A DNA stretch of 64,000 nt from Oopsacas minuta (lineage: Eukaryota > Animalia > Porifera), in the NCBI GenBank assembly GCA_024704765.1, contig JAKMXF010000351.1, positions 1 to 64,000 on the forward strand, written 5' to 3'. The translations under genes and the position numbers were made by a program. This document shows, piece by piece, positions 41,164 through 54,230 of this stretch (its first letter is position 1; each line of letters starts with the position of its first letter). Under the pieces are notes generated by a model, which was given only the letters and a program-made list of their open reading frames with translations, was not told where the DNA came from and made no database searches.

Positions 41164-41509
41164 TATCAGTAATACTTGATAAACTGTAACAAACAAACGT
41201 ATAATCATTTACTCAAATATCGTTGTAAGGATCAATACCTAATACCTATAATACAGAAATAATGACGGTAATGACGGTAATACTAATTCTAAAAAATGGA
41301 GATGCTAACAATACTGAAAGATTAGATGCTTAAATGGACACCTCAGAAGCATTACTTTAAGGTAGGTATGGATAGTCCACGTGTGATAGCTCATTACTAA
41401 TCCAACTAATACGAATACCCTTTCCAGTTATTTTTTAGACTTGGTTGGTGGCATGCCTGAATAATACCCTGCTATTTAAGTTCACACTTGATTGTTCAGT
41501 TTTATCGTT

Positions 41510-42867
41510 TCACAAAACTTCCAAAAGGTAGGATGGTGAGATGCAACCGTTGATGAGAAGGCACGATGCCGAGCTTCTACTGAATTGTTTTAATAGGTAT
41601 TCCATATGCCACCAGATGGTAATTGTTCCATATTGGAATTGGAAATACTGGTGATGATAAAGTCCGTGTTCATCATTTTTTCCAACATAGGAGTCTTGAA
41701 AAGATATATACACTGCTGGTGCTCAGTAGAAAATTGGCAATTAAGGGTTTCGAATGCTGTAAGAACATATTGAGGAGGTAAGTAAGCCAATGCTGTTAAC
41801 ATCCTAACAGTTATTGAGAAGTCGATATTATTAGAATATATTGTCTTCATTCCTGAATCTTGTACCTTTCTATAAATAGATTGTGAAAGATGGGAAAAAC
41901 AACCCTTAATGAATGTTCTTAGCCAGATTTCGGGGAATGTTTTTAGTGCAACTCTTTCGATGTCAACCAACAAATATTGTGGATTTGAATCTGGACACAG
42001 CTATTTAATGATATGCCAAATTTACAGTAGTAAAAAGAGCTCTTTCCCGGCAGTAGTATTTAAATAGATGGCAATAAGTGTCCATCTCGGAATGGGTAAA
42101 CTCCAAATAAAGCGTGTACTGTATAAAGTTATGCAAATATGCTAGGAACGACCTTTAAAGTGCCATCTGCCATCCAATACTAGAAAACGAAAGATCTTTT
42201 TGTTTTCTTCAGTAGCGAACATGATAATTCTATCTATTCCTGGCTGAGAATCATAAGCTAAGAAACTATTTCCACCTAAAGTTTTGATATTTTCATCCAC
42301 GTGGGGATCAAAAAGATCAGTAGGATTAGTTTGCCAGGGTCGTATACTTTGACAGATTTTTTTAAAACTTTTTTCACGGGGTAGAAGAGTTTTCGCAATT
42401 TGAGAGAGGTTTCCTGACGCTTCCACATTAAAAACTGTGAAGATTATCGTGGGATTCTAAAGCACGTCTCTTGACCCCAGAACGAAATTCCAGAACTTCT
42501 TCTTTGCCCATCTCTTCCCCATGGCAATGTTGGCCTATAATTTTCGATATAGATGTTGCAATAGTGTGAATACGGCCTTTGCGGTTCTTTATTCGACAAC
42601 GCCATTGTGGTGTACTATTTGATCAATTTGGAAATTGAAAATATAGCCACACTGTATGACAATTACCCGGGCTTTTGATGATTTTATTAGTTTAGAATCT
42701 GAGTTTTCAGCAAGTGCAGAAGTATATATAGTTGTTGCATCAATTGCTTCGGAGTAATAGTCAATTGAAGAGTTAATATTTTCTTCTTGTAGTTCATTCT
42801 CTGATGAAAAGATAGAGCTATCCGTAGCCGTGGGCATGTCTGGAATGATATTATCCAGATTAACCAT
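41510..42867 (-). pseudogene. FLYWCH + MULE transposase (Phantom-like) pseudogene
   Basis: LIKSSK..CGYIF, RIIMFAT, frameshifted W.MDGTFK, GCFSHLSQSIYRKVQ..RMLTALAYLP. Confidence 0.85.
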
Positions 42868-43392
42868 TGCGTTTTCAATTCTATTGCATTCTTTCTAATC
42901 TCTCTATGTAAGATGTCAGTCTGTTGTTGCCCACTTGTGGCAATAATTGTAGAAATCTGACAACTTCTCCTGTATTTCTACATTATCAATGATGGTGATA
43001 TCATCTTCTCCTGTCCACGTTAGCATTCCTTACATTCTTAAAAATCTCACCAACTTATCAATGCTACCTATAAACATTGAGTAGTCAATTTGAATCTGTA
43101 TTCAGCTATAAGAGACTTGGGGCTGTATTCACTAAGCATCTTAAACCGTATTCACTAAGATTGGTATTCACTAAGATTTAAGCTCATACTTAAGTATGTA
43201 CTTAAGTACAAAAGTTAAGTAACCTACCGAGGTTGATTAAGTTATTCAAGCTCTATTTTAAGTTTCCAAACATATTATATTTATCGATAATATTGATGTA
43301 ATCACTTCAATCACTCGTTTTCTTTGATTAATTCATACTTTCACTATGAATTGTGATTTTCTATGATGTTACAATATGACTAAATCCTATAT

Positions 43393-44119
43393 CTAAAGCT
43401 GCTGTTGTTGATCATTTTCTAAAAGTCTCTGCTTTTTATGACGATAATACTCCTTCTGCTCTTCAATCAGCTGTAGTTGAGCCGAGAAGACTTCCATCTG
43501 TTTAAGGAGCACTTCTCTTTGCAGAGGAAGTAAATCAGAGACCTTTGTTGACTGTTCGATGCTCCTCTTACGTCTACGCCTTCCCTCTGGACGACTGTTA
43601 ACTACAGTAACTTCTGGTCCCTCAAACACTGGTGTTACTTCTCTGCTTTCGCTAATCTCAGTGTGTGAAGGCAATGCTGTTGGGACTTGAAACATATCAA
43701 CACTACCACATATTCAGTGAACGCTGGTGTACTTGAGAACATCTGTGATACTCTCTCCGTCACAGATGTGGATAATTCCCTATCGGAGCTAAGGATCCGG
43801 ATGTCTTCATCCTCCACTTCACCAACTTCATTTGGCCCTCCTCCTGTCCTCCTCGCTTCCCTTCGACTGGAATCAACACGAGATTTTGCGGACCTTGTAA
43901 ATTGTTCCACTTCTTCTTTATATCTTTCACATCTCGGTTGTTGCCATGGATGGAATTGATTTTCTTCATAACGTTGTTCCAAAGCCTCGTCTTTTTCTTG
44001 TTTATCTCCGCGCACTGACCAGCAGTACCTCTCAATATATCTCCAGCATCCTGGATTGCCTCAATGAGTGCATACTCCTCCTCCTCCTTTGTCCAATTTA
44101 CTTTGCGACCTTTGTCCAT
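43393..44119 (-). pseudogene. Harbinger Myb/SANT-like DNA-binding protein (frameshifted)
   Basis: RKVNWTKEEE..LIEAI..KKTRLWNNVMKKINS..RDVKDIKKKWNNL, RRTGGG, C-terminal coiled coil. Confidence 0.85.
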
Positions 44120-44233
44120 ACTCTCGCTTTGGAATATCAATAACCTCCACCAATTTATAGTTTTCATAATGCAACAACTAGCTCCCAATTCAAGTGCGAT
44201 ACTTGATACATTTCACAAATAAATATCCCAACC

Positions 44234-44341
44234 ACAAAGACCAACATCCTACTTAGATGTTTCAAAACTACAAAGACCATCACCCTAATTAGATGTTTCA
44301 AAACTACAAAGACCAACACCCTACTCAGATGTTTCAAAACT
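44234..44341. repeat. 3 x 36-bp tandem repeat between the Harbinger genes
   Basis: Unit ACAAAGACCAACACCCTACTCAGATGTTTCAAAACT, head-to-tail, no spacers. Confidence 0.95.
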
Positions 44342-44384
44342 ACAGTTTCCATGTTACCTTATAATCACCAACTGTGCAAAATGT

Positions 44385-45465
44385 TTACATATCTACATCA
44401 CAACATACATACTGTGTGAATTTAGTTGCTGAAATTATGAATAGAAAATTGATCCCTGTAATGCTTGATGCCAAATGCCTAACAGTTTCTTCAAAGTCAA
44501 GAACATCATCCGGATAGAAATCATCGGAGACTTCATCCTCTAAGAGAGGTTGTTTCCACTGTATTGCTATGTTCTGCAATACTGCACAAGCAACTATGAT
44601 GGAACAAACTTTATCTGGACTCATCCTTAGCTCTCCATGAAGACAGTGGAATCTTCGTTTCCATCGTCCAAATGTCTGTTCAACAATAACCCTTGTCCTC
44701 TTATGGCATAGTTGTAGTTAAATTGGGGAGTAGATATTGGCTGGCGAAAAAGGAGTGAGTAAATATGGCCTCATCATGTAGCCGCTATCTCCTAATATAT
44801 GCCCCCCTATTGAAAAGCTATTTTCAACATGCATCCAACACCTGAATTCTTCGAAATCCGTGAATCGTAAACAGACCGAGGAAAACGTGCCAATACATCA
44901 CTAAATATTCCATCTGGTTGGCAAATAGCTTGGACATTAATTGAGTGGTAAAAATGCCGATTTTTATAATTTGCTTCATTTTCCGAGGGTCTTTGGATTC
45001 GTATGTGTGTTCCGTCAACTAATCCTACTACGCCTGGAAAGTGAGCAATCTCATAAAACTTGTTTGTGACTTCTACCCTCTTGAGACCAGCAGGCAAACT
45101 AACAAACTGATGGTATATAACTTGCAAACCCAGAGAAACATCTCGGATATAACGAGAGGCAGAAGCTTGGCTTACGTTTATCCCATCTCTACAAATTATC
45201 TGGAACATTCCAGAAGCGAAAAATTGAAGTGCCACACAAACTTGCAAGTGAGGGGAGCAGCACAAGAACGCTCGGTGAAATTCAAATAGTTAGCTATCAA
45301 CTCTGTAATTTTAGATATTGAAGCTCTAGAGAAACGGAAACGTCGAACAAGTTCCATATCATCATAACAATCTAGGAGATCATTGAGATCCCTGAAAACT
45401 CGTTGACGTGCCATTGAGGAAGAGGTTTCTTCTTCTGCGAGAAATAGTGGAATCATCTGTGCCAT
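44385..45465 (-). pseudogene. HARBI1-like DDE nuclease (frameshifted)
   Basis: RFRFSR, VGLVDGTHI, HSINVQAIC, LGDSGY, RVIVEQTFGRWKRRF. Confidence 0.92.
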
Positions 45466-46342
45466 TTGTTTATATTAAAATACTTGAATATTTATATATT
45501 ATATTTGATCATAAATTGATTTAGCAAAACAATCATTGTGTAACTTGGAATGGATAATTCAGAATGATAGCATTTAACATTACAAACAAAAGTAATGCAT
45601 TCCTTAGTAACAGATATGTTATATCATAAGCGTTCGAGGAATTCCTTGTAACATTAGTTGTGAAGTATTTCATGAACGTAAACCACAATATTATCGTGAG
45701 ATCATGCATAAAACATGAAAAGTTTTGAAAATATATTCCTGAATGATTGAAAGTAATTCTGTGAAGCAATCCATCAGAAACTCACAAATTCATGAATATA
45801 AGGGAAACTTAAGTTTGTACTTAGTTAAGTACATACTTAAGTACGACTTAACTCTTAGTGAATACGACTTAAGTACGTACTTAACTAAGTACATACTTAG
45901 TACTTAAGTACTAAGTATGCTTAGTGAATACGGCGACAGGTGTGGCAAGGGTTACAAAAGTATCATTTAGCCCATCAAAATTTGTCGGAGATCGAGTATA
46001 ACTTCTCTATATCGAAAAGGAATAAGAATCGCTATAAGCACTTCCAATGGTTTTTCCATCAGCTCAGAAATTAGTAGAGTATCATTACAATTGAAAGATT
46101 TCGGAAGCGCAATTTCATTAAGAAAAATCCATTTATCGCGATAGATAAATGCCTTGGAACAATTAAGTAATCCATCAAGTAGAATATATTAAAGAATACT
46201 AAGTGAAATTGTTATTATTTACTAGTGTTCTGCTATTATTCAATATTTATGATTTATGACTATTTTATTTGTCACACACGTCGCACTAACTTTGTACGCG
46301 AATGTCTCTTTACACAAAAGTCATACTCCCGTTGAAGATATA

Positions 46343-47252
46343 CAGTCAGGGGACAAAAGTATTCGAACACACAAATATATTGTCATAAATTGTATACTCT
46401 TTCCCGCTCCTATATATTGTGTAGTCTATATTCGTAGCTGCTATCTAATAATTTGTATGGAATAACATATGTTTTACAAGAATTTAAAAAAAATTTCGAT
46501 TTGCACGTTTTGAAGATGTTAATTATTAATAATTATTAGATAATTATTGATATTCAAAATATGTGGCAGTTCCGAACCTATTAAGAATCTATAATTTCTG
46601 ACTTGATATTTGAATTCTACGTAGGCGAGTTACCCCATATTGAAATTTCCAATCGGATTGAACAATTTTTACCAGAGTTATAGAAGAATTTCAATTTGTC
46701 CGCTTGTGCACTTTCTTCAATAAGTGGCACAGGTGGCAGGAAAAAGCGCCACTACAAGAAAATCAATTAGGGTTAGGAGGAATAAGTCGAAGTTTTTTTT
46801 TCCGAATGATATGACTATGCTAACCCTTGAATTCCAAAATAACCTCTTGGTAGCGGCCACCTGTGCCACTTTTTCCAAAAAGTGGCACAAGTGGGGCAAA
46901 TTGAAATTCTTCTATAACTCTGGTAAAAATTGTTCAATCCGATTGGAAATTTCGATATGGGGTAACTCGCCTAAGTAAAATTCAAATATCAAGTCAGAAT
47001 TATAGACTCTTAATAGGTTCGGAATTATCACATATTTTGAATATCAATAATTATCTAATAATTATTAATAATTAACATCTTCAAAAAGTGTAAATCGAAA
47101 ATTTTTTTAATATTCTTGAAAAACATATGTTATTCCATACAAATTATTAGATTGCAGCTACGAATATAGACTACACGATATATAGGAGCGGGAAAGAGTA
47201 TACAATTTATGACAATATATTTGTGTGTTCGAATACTTTTGTCCCCTGACTG
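46343..47252. mobile_element. 910-bp foldback MITE (Tc1-type ends), arms of about 396 bp
   Basis: TA + CAGTCAGGGGACAAAAGTATTCGAACAC ... GTGTTCGAATACTTTTGTCCCCTGACTG + TA; arms 46343-46738 and 46856-47252; spacer about 117 bp. Confidence 0.95.
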
Positions 47253-47619
47253 TATATATTTAATTACTTATTTAAATAGATCATAAATACATAATATAAG
47301 TTGAACCAGTTACATAAAAAAAGTTTCAGACGTAATTACTTAAAAATGTTGTTATATCTAGCAATGAGAGAAGCAGAGTCACGCTAATTGGTGGTCCTAT
47401 TTTAAGTTCTTCTATTTAATATCTAGAATCCAAAGCTCCAGTTTATTATTGTAAATCTGAATGTGTAGATGCTAAAAAGTAAAAACTATATTTAATTCTT
47501 CCATATATTTCCAACGGGACATTACGTAGATACAATACTGTACACATAATAATATTATACCAACATTTATACAGGTAATTTCTGAAATGCATTCATATAG
47601 ATTATATTCAGGATCAAAT

Positions 47620-47674
47620 TACACAAAAAAGAGTTGTTATATATACACAAAAAAGAGTTGTTATATATACACAA
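47620..47674. repeat. 24-bp tandem duplication (2.3 copies)
   Basis: TACACAAAAAAGAGTTGTTATATA x2 + TACACAA. Confidence 0.9.
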
Positions 47675-49213
47675 GTAATAAGAGAATCAATTTACACAAA
47701 CAATTAGATATTATAGTATTATCATACCACTCTCGTAGCATAAAAATTCTTCCTTAAGATGGTTCAAAGAGATAAATTTAGATTTAGTTTCCAGAGCTAT
47801 TTAAATCCATAAGTTAAATAATAATAAAATACCAACCATTTATCACCAATATAGAAATATCAGTTATCTTATTAATTCTACAGAACGAATGATTCTAATA
47901 TACTACACGAAAACTTTAGTAGTATGTGTAATACATATATTACACGTACTACTTGTATCTTCCACTTCAAAGCTTGATTTAACATGTAAGAACACTTTTC
48001 AACAATGTAGGTATTCAGAATTGAATTATTGACAACAAAGATAATTCTGTCAAGTAGGAGAATACTCTATCCTATCACTTAATCCATTAATCAATAACAT
48101 AAATAGAGAATGTACTATCTCATCCTCCAATCCTGAGATCCTGCAACTAGTTCCCATATGCCAAATTATGTTCTATACTTTGTACAAGACCTTATTTATA
48201 TATATATGTTTACAGTATACTGAACTATTAAATTATGGGATAACAATTACATTCGCCGATGTAGTGTACATCGATAAGACCCATTGATTAATAACTTGCT
48301 GACGAGACCTATAAAAGAATGAACTGTCGAGACCATTTCATATATCATTAGCCTGATGTCCCTTGTAATTCTTGAGACAAAGCAAATATATTTAAATGCA
48401 TGGACGTAAACACATTTTATTCGGTTCATATTATTCTCATCTTCGCATATAAACACAGTCGACGTTACCAAAACCGGATCCAAGAGATGGCCCAAATCCG
48501 CCGGATTGGCTATATGTGAGAATATTTCGGAACCAGATCAAGAGAAAAGCGTGACAGAAGGTAGTAATGAAGCTTATTTCCCCTAAAGACTAATGATTTA
48601 ATATTAATGAATTACCTTGTTTGGAATATGAAACTTGAGGTGGAGTTATCGGTCCTGGATTTATCTCGATACTACCAATGAAGAGTAAAATTGAATTACA
48701 TAGGCCCGCATAGTAGATATGAGTATAGACATCGAAATGAGAGAAATGAGAGAATCAGATGAAGTTTGGGAACAATTGGAGCATTTCCGAAGTGAGTGCA
48801 ATCCAATGTGAATACGCCACAACTCAATGGTAATCATGAATATGTCCGATCAATGAAAATATACTATAGGTAGACGAAATAATGAAGAGGAAGAAACAAG
48901 TAATATCAAATATGTGAAAAAATGCAAAAGTAAAAAGATGAAAAGCAAACAAAGCAAAATCAGGAAAACGAAACAATTATATCAAAAACTATTGTTATGG
49001 CAAAGGGGTGTGTCAATATGTCCTGTTAGTCGATAAATCTATTTCGTTGGATAGATCAAATAGACAGTTGCAATTTGGAATCATAACTATCTAAGCTTGA
49101 CGTCAATCATATTGTAAACATGACAAACATTTACTGGAGGCTATCGTACTTGTATGCACAAAAAATCGGTTGATATTAGTGAAGATCAGAAGTTTATAGA
49201 CGACAAAAGTCTA

Positions 49214-52200
49214 CGAGTGTGAAGTTGGCTGAATATTCGACCAGCAGTACTTCAACCATTTACTTGACCAACTTCCCATAGTCAGAATGTAAATATATTT
49301 AGGGCATTCGAAAGAAGAGATACGGACGTTTCTGAAAATAATTTATATTTTATAAACTCTAATTTTTCTAATAGAAATTGGTGCATCTAACCAGCAGTAG
49401 TTCACATAAGAGTTTAGTATACTTAAGCAAATTAATTTTTCCTGAAATCATGGACATGTATTCCTGCTGTATGGACGTTTACGTGTTTAAAATATTATGG
49501 TAAAATAAGCAAAACTTTTTGAGATATTTACATTTAAAACTGGCTTGTTAGAATCTAGTCTCTATTAGATTTGTACTAAGCACACAAATTTAATGAAACA
49601 TTCTAATCCATTCTAACTAAAGTAACGCATATAGGTTACTGCAATATCAACTGTTTGATCTCAGTTGACTCATTATGAATTACTCAAAGATCAGAATATA
49701 CTTTCAATTAATTACATAGCATTACTTTCCATATATTCCAAAATAGATTAAATAATAATCAAGTTTAAATGTCTAGTAAAATGAATAATTCGGAGTTATT
49801 TGCTAAATTTCAATGACTTAATCAACTAGTGTTAGATGTACCATGAAATGATTCTAATAATATATATATTCACATGATAACTTCCTTATTTGAAATACAA
49901 AACACTGTTGCTGAAGTGTAAACCTCTTGAAATAGTCCTTTGTTATTTGTATCAATATTATCTTATATTTGATCCATTCATTAACAAACTCTTTTACTTT
50001 TATCACTTTCATCAAAAAATCTTTCACGATTCTACAATTCCAAACTCTAATACAAGTCTTATTGACTTAGGTTTGTTGTCTATTTTCAATATACAGTTTT
50101 TCTCGAATAGTACTCCAAGACTATTATATATTTTGAGGTTCCTTCAGTGGGGCGATAATTCGAAGAAGGGCTACCTACTATTCTAGGAAAAAGGTATCTA
50201 AATTCTGCCCTATATCAAAGATTGTAGTATTTTCTCCACATTTAGAATCATACTTTCGTTTATAACCTCCTTCAATGGAACAAAATAGTTTCATTACTTC
50301 AAGTGGAATCAATATTTCAAAATGTAACTTCCTTTCTTCCTATTTAAATTATTTCCGTCTTATCGGAACACATGCTCGATGTGTAATAATCAATTACTAA
50401 AACAAAAGTTACATTTATCTTAACAAGTTTTCTGGTGAGTACTGCGCATATAGTATTTTTATGTTCCTTTTTTAGTCCCACGAGACCTTCAACTGTTACT
50501 TTTGTATATCGAATCTACTTTCAATTCATACAAAGAGTTTGCGAGTTCACTTTCTGTTGGTCCTAGCGTTAGTGATTCTATTTGGGGCACTATTTGTAAA
50601 AAACTACATGGCCGCAATAATCCGGATCAAAGAAAATCTATTTATTCGAAATGGAAAATAATTCACACAATATACGTGTGTTATTCGAGCGAATAATCGA
50701 TCTATCAGTCTCGCCTCAGCCATCTATAGATTTCATATCGTGTAAATCGCTTTCTCTATGTCCACCACCTCCACAAAGTACAACCAAATCATTGATTGTG
50801 AATTATAGTCTCGACTCTTTCTCAATAGTGGATTTGCCATCTCTTCAAACTGCCACAATTTATCGAGATATTGTCAATTGCCTGGAATGTGCGTCTTCTT
50901 TCCATTGTAATCATGAAGGAATATGTTGGGAGTCAATTGAACAGGATTTGTTGGATGATGGGCTAATGGTAATTGGTCTTCAGCTGCATCAGACCCATCT
51001 CATTACTATGATTTGAGAGATGAGCAATACAGTATCGACCTTTGCGGATGTAATAATAGTAGTTGTTTAGTCGAATATTATCATTACAACAATCATCAGG
51101 TGCAGTTGTGGATTAATGGTTGTAACTTACCGTTATCGGAGTCCAAATTCTTACGAATGTTATTGGGTATTTGAAAGCATTGAATTTGTACAGTGTAGTT
51201 CATTCGTAAATAATTTTCCAAAAAGTCAGTATGAACACAAGTCATTGAGCAGACAGCCATGTCGCTAATGTAGATAGTTCTACATAAAATTGATTGTAAA
51301 TCAACTATTTTGTTTGAGAATAAGTACTTGCTTCTGACCAAAGATCAGATGAGTTTATTTATTCATTGGGTAGTCAAATTGCGAGACCAGTTTTCCTGTA
51401 TTGGTATTGAGGTATTTAAAGCTCTCTATCCTAATTGCATTAATGCTAGGATATGCGGAATAGAAATTTCCCCGGATTGTCACCAACCCCTGGCTCTGAA
51501 AAATACTCCTCATCTTCCTGTTGATGAGGATTTTGAAGATGAAGATCCTACCAAATGCAACAATATTATCTCAAATACAGTTAATGACCAAATAGCCCCA
51601 TTATCTGATAAATCTGATGTATTTCTTGTGACACCAGAGTCAAACGTCAATGGAGAATTTCTTCTTGAGATTGGTGAATGGAATTGTATTCATTTTATCG
51701 ATTTATAAGGTAGAGATGTGTTGAATAGAGATTGGACAGCTGTGTTTAGCAATAAAACATCTAAAATATAACCAGCATGTGCTCTTAAATTCAACAATTA
51801 TTGGTTTAAAAGTATTCCAGCCGAAAAATAAATGTGCCCTACTTTCGAGCATCTGCTGAATGCAAGTTATATAATTGTTATAAATTTGACTTTTGTGTTG
51901 ACGAGCTTGTAACTACGAATACAATCACAATACAATATGTAGTAAGTGGTTCACTCTCCTTGCAACATTCTGATGGAGAGACTGTACATGCACGTCATAA
52001 ATCTGGTAGTTTGCGAAAAATTTATGGAGAAAGTCTTCAGCGCACATCTGTCGCAAATATTTTTCATAAACAGTTCAACTGTCAAAGTAGCTCAATGGAA
52101 TATTGTAGAGGTAATTTTTGTAACCTGAGGTCTCAAGAATGCTTAAGACAGATAAAAACTGAAGCTATATCATCTAATAGATTTTCTAATGATCTAATTA

Positions 52201-54230
52201 TGGATATTTCTATGACTCAAGAATATTATCCTAACTTATTGAGTGAAAAGCCAATACCTGGTTACATTCAATATTTTGCTAAGGAACCCTTCATTATGCA
52301 TCTATATATGAAGGTGCAGGTAGAGGTGTTGAGATATTTAACTAAAAATATGGTTTTGCATTTGGATGTGCAGGTTCCATTATACGTAAACCTCAGTTTT
52401 GCACCAAATCTATGTATTATTATGCTTTAACTCTACAACATCCCGACTACCACATTACACCTATCCTTGTACCAGAAATGATAAGTTTGGACCAAGGAAC
52501 TGCTGAGATAACCCACTTCCTTAACAAATGGTACTTGAATTCAAAGTTAATTCTACACAAAGAAAGCAATTATTGACAAAGATTCTGTAAGAAACACGAG
52601 CCCAGATGTTGTCCTCTCAGTTAATAACGTTGAAATTATAACAGATTTGGATGTAATGAAATTGTGACTTTAAAATATGATCTCCCAAGTTATAATCCCA
52701 TCTCCCACACAGGAAAGTTAGATATTTGTAACACGTTACTTAATGTCAGGGTAAGTCTAGGAATAAATAATATTAATAGTCAAATGAGCAGGCCGTTGAA
52801 TTATTATATAGCTGCAGAACTCAGTATATTCCTGGAGATGGGAACTACTTACTTCTTCCTTAGCATATTCCGTGTCAGGTTCGCCAGATAATTCTCATAT
52901 AATACCTAAATGCATTGTAGACAGTATGTCAAGTTCGCTAAAAGAAAAATGTGGAAAATTTATTACTAACAAATACCCAAATACTTATAGGAACACAATA
53001 GATTATATAATAAAACAAACATTGAAGGCAATAGAGTATGGGGTGAAGATTTGGAACTATTTACAACAGCGCTTCTATTTAAGACTGACATATGGGTGTT
53101 TATGAAAGAGACTGGAAATAGTTGGAATGTATTCTCCGGCAAAGGTTCTTCATTTGATGAGGTATTGAATTCGCCTCCCGCTAATGCTAATGGATCAATA
53201 TATATTTTACATACAGGTAATCACTATGAACCTGTTTTAGAAACTTTAGACAGGATTATGGTATAGGTACAACAATAGAGGTCTAGTAATATTTGATTCC
53301 TTAAATATAGCTTAGCTATAATACAGTTTTTCGTAATAATACAAAAACCCCATGTCAACAGAATAACGATTAAATTTGTGAATTGTTGGAAAGTAAATTG
53401 GAGGGCGCTCCTTTAATGCTCTGCAACACAGCGTATCTCTGAAGAATAATGTTACGCCCTACAAGCAATGAACATTGAAAGGGATAAGTAAGAACGATAG
53501 AAATAAACTTTGATGACAGTAAAAGTGAAGGTAATATGATCTAACCTAGAATATATACATGAGTCATTATGGCTTCAAAACTTCTGCTGCCTACTTGAGA
53601 GGTACACAACCAAATACATCAACTCAACTCGTAACACCACAAATCAAGACTATGCAAGGATCATATAATTTTATAATCTGATGTATTCTGTGAATTTTGA
53701 TCAATGTTTTCGTATTTATTGAACTGAATACCAATTCAGCAATAAATAAAACTATATTTAGATTCACAAATCATTTCGTAATACATCAAACAGTTGATAT
53801 TGCAGTAACCTATATGCTTTACTATAGTTTGAATGGATTAGAATGTTTCATTAAATTTGTGTGCTTAGTACAAATCTAATAGAGACTAGATTCTAACAAG
53901 CCAGTTTTAAATGTAAATATCCCAAAAAGTTTTGCTTATTTTACCATAATATTTTAAACACGTAAACGTCCATACAGCAGGGATACATGTCCATGATTTC
54001 AGGAAAAATTAATTTGCTTAAGTATACTAAACTCATATGTGAACTACTGCTGGTTAGATGCACCAATTTCTATTAGAAAAATTAAAGTTTATAAAATATA
54101 AATTATTTTCAGAAACGTCCGTATCTCTTCTTTCGAATGCCCTAAATATATTTACATTCTGACTATGGGAAGTTGGTCAAGTAAATGGTTGAAGTACTGC
54201 TGGTCGAATATTCAGCCAACTTCACACTCG
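49214..54230 (+). mobile_element. Long-TIR MULE/Foldback (NOF-like) element, 5017 bp
   Basis: 446-bp TIRs 49214-49659 and 53785-54230 with about 7 mismatches; candidate 11-bp TSD ACAAAAGTCTA / TCGAAAGTCTA (9/11). Confidence 0.92.
50502..53266 (+). pseudogene. NOF-like MULE transposase (internally deleted) with C-terminal OTU-like domain
   Basis: GYIQY..EPFIMHLY..LHLD-GSIIRKP..YYYAL..EMISLD; OTU-like IPGDGNYL-SLAYSVSG and ELFTTALL..HTGNHYEPV. Confidence 0.72.

Larger units (their letters stand above)
43120..45936 (-). mobile_element. PIF/Harbinger element, 2817 bp, two genes in tandem
   Basis: Ends GGGCTGTATTCACTAAGCAT / ATGCTTAGTGAATACGGCGA; subterminal GTATTCACTAAG (3 left, 2 right) and ACTTAAGT repeats. 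Confidence 0.9.

Noticed and set aside
44234-44341. CRISPR array (36-bp units containing GTTTTGAAAC on the minus strand)
   Set aside because: Head-to-tail units with no unique spacers, no cas genes, eukaryotic transposon context
49890-50186. 98-aa ORF and similar 60-100 aa track ORFs (for example 13774-14064, 46724-46978, 48247-48495)
   Set aside because: No motifs; most are antisense or off-frame shadows of transposons, or chance ORFs
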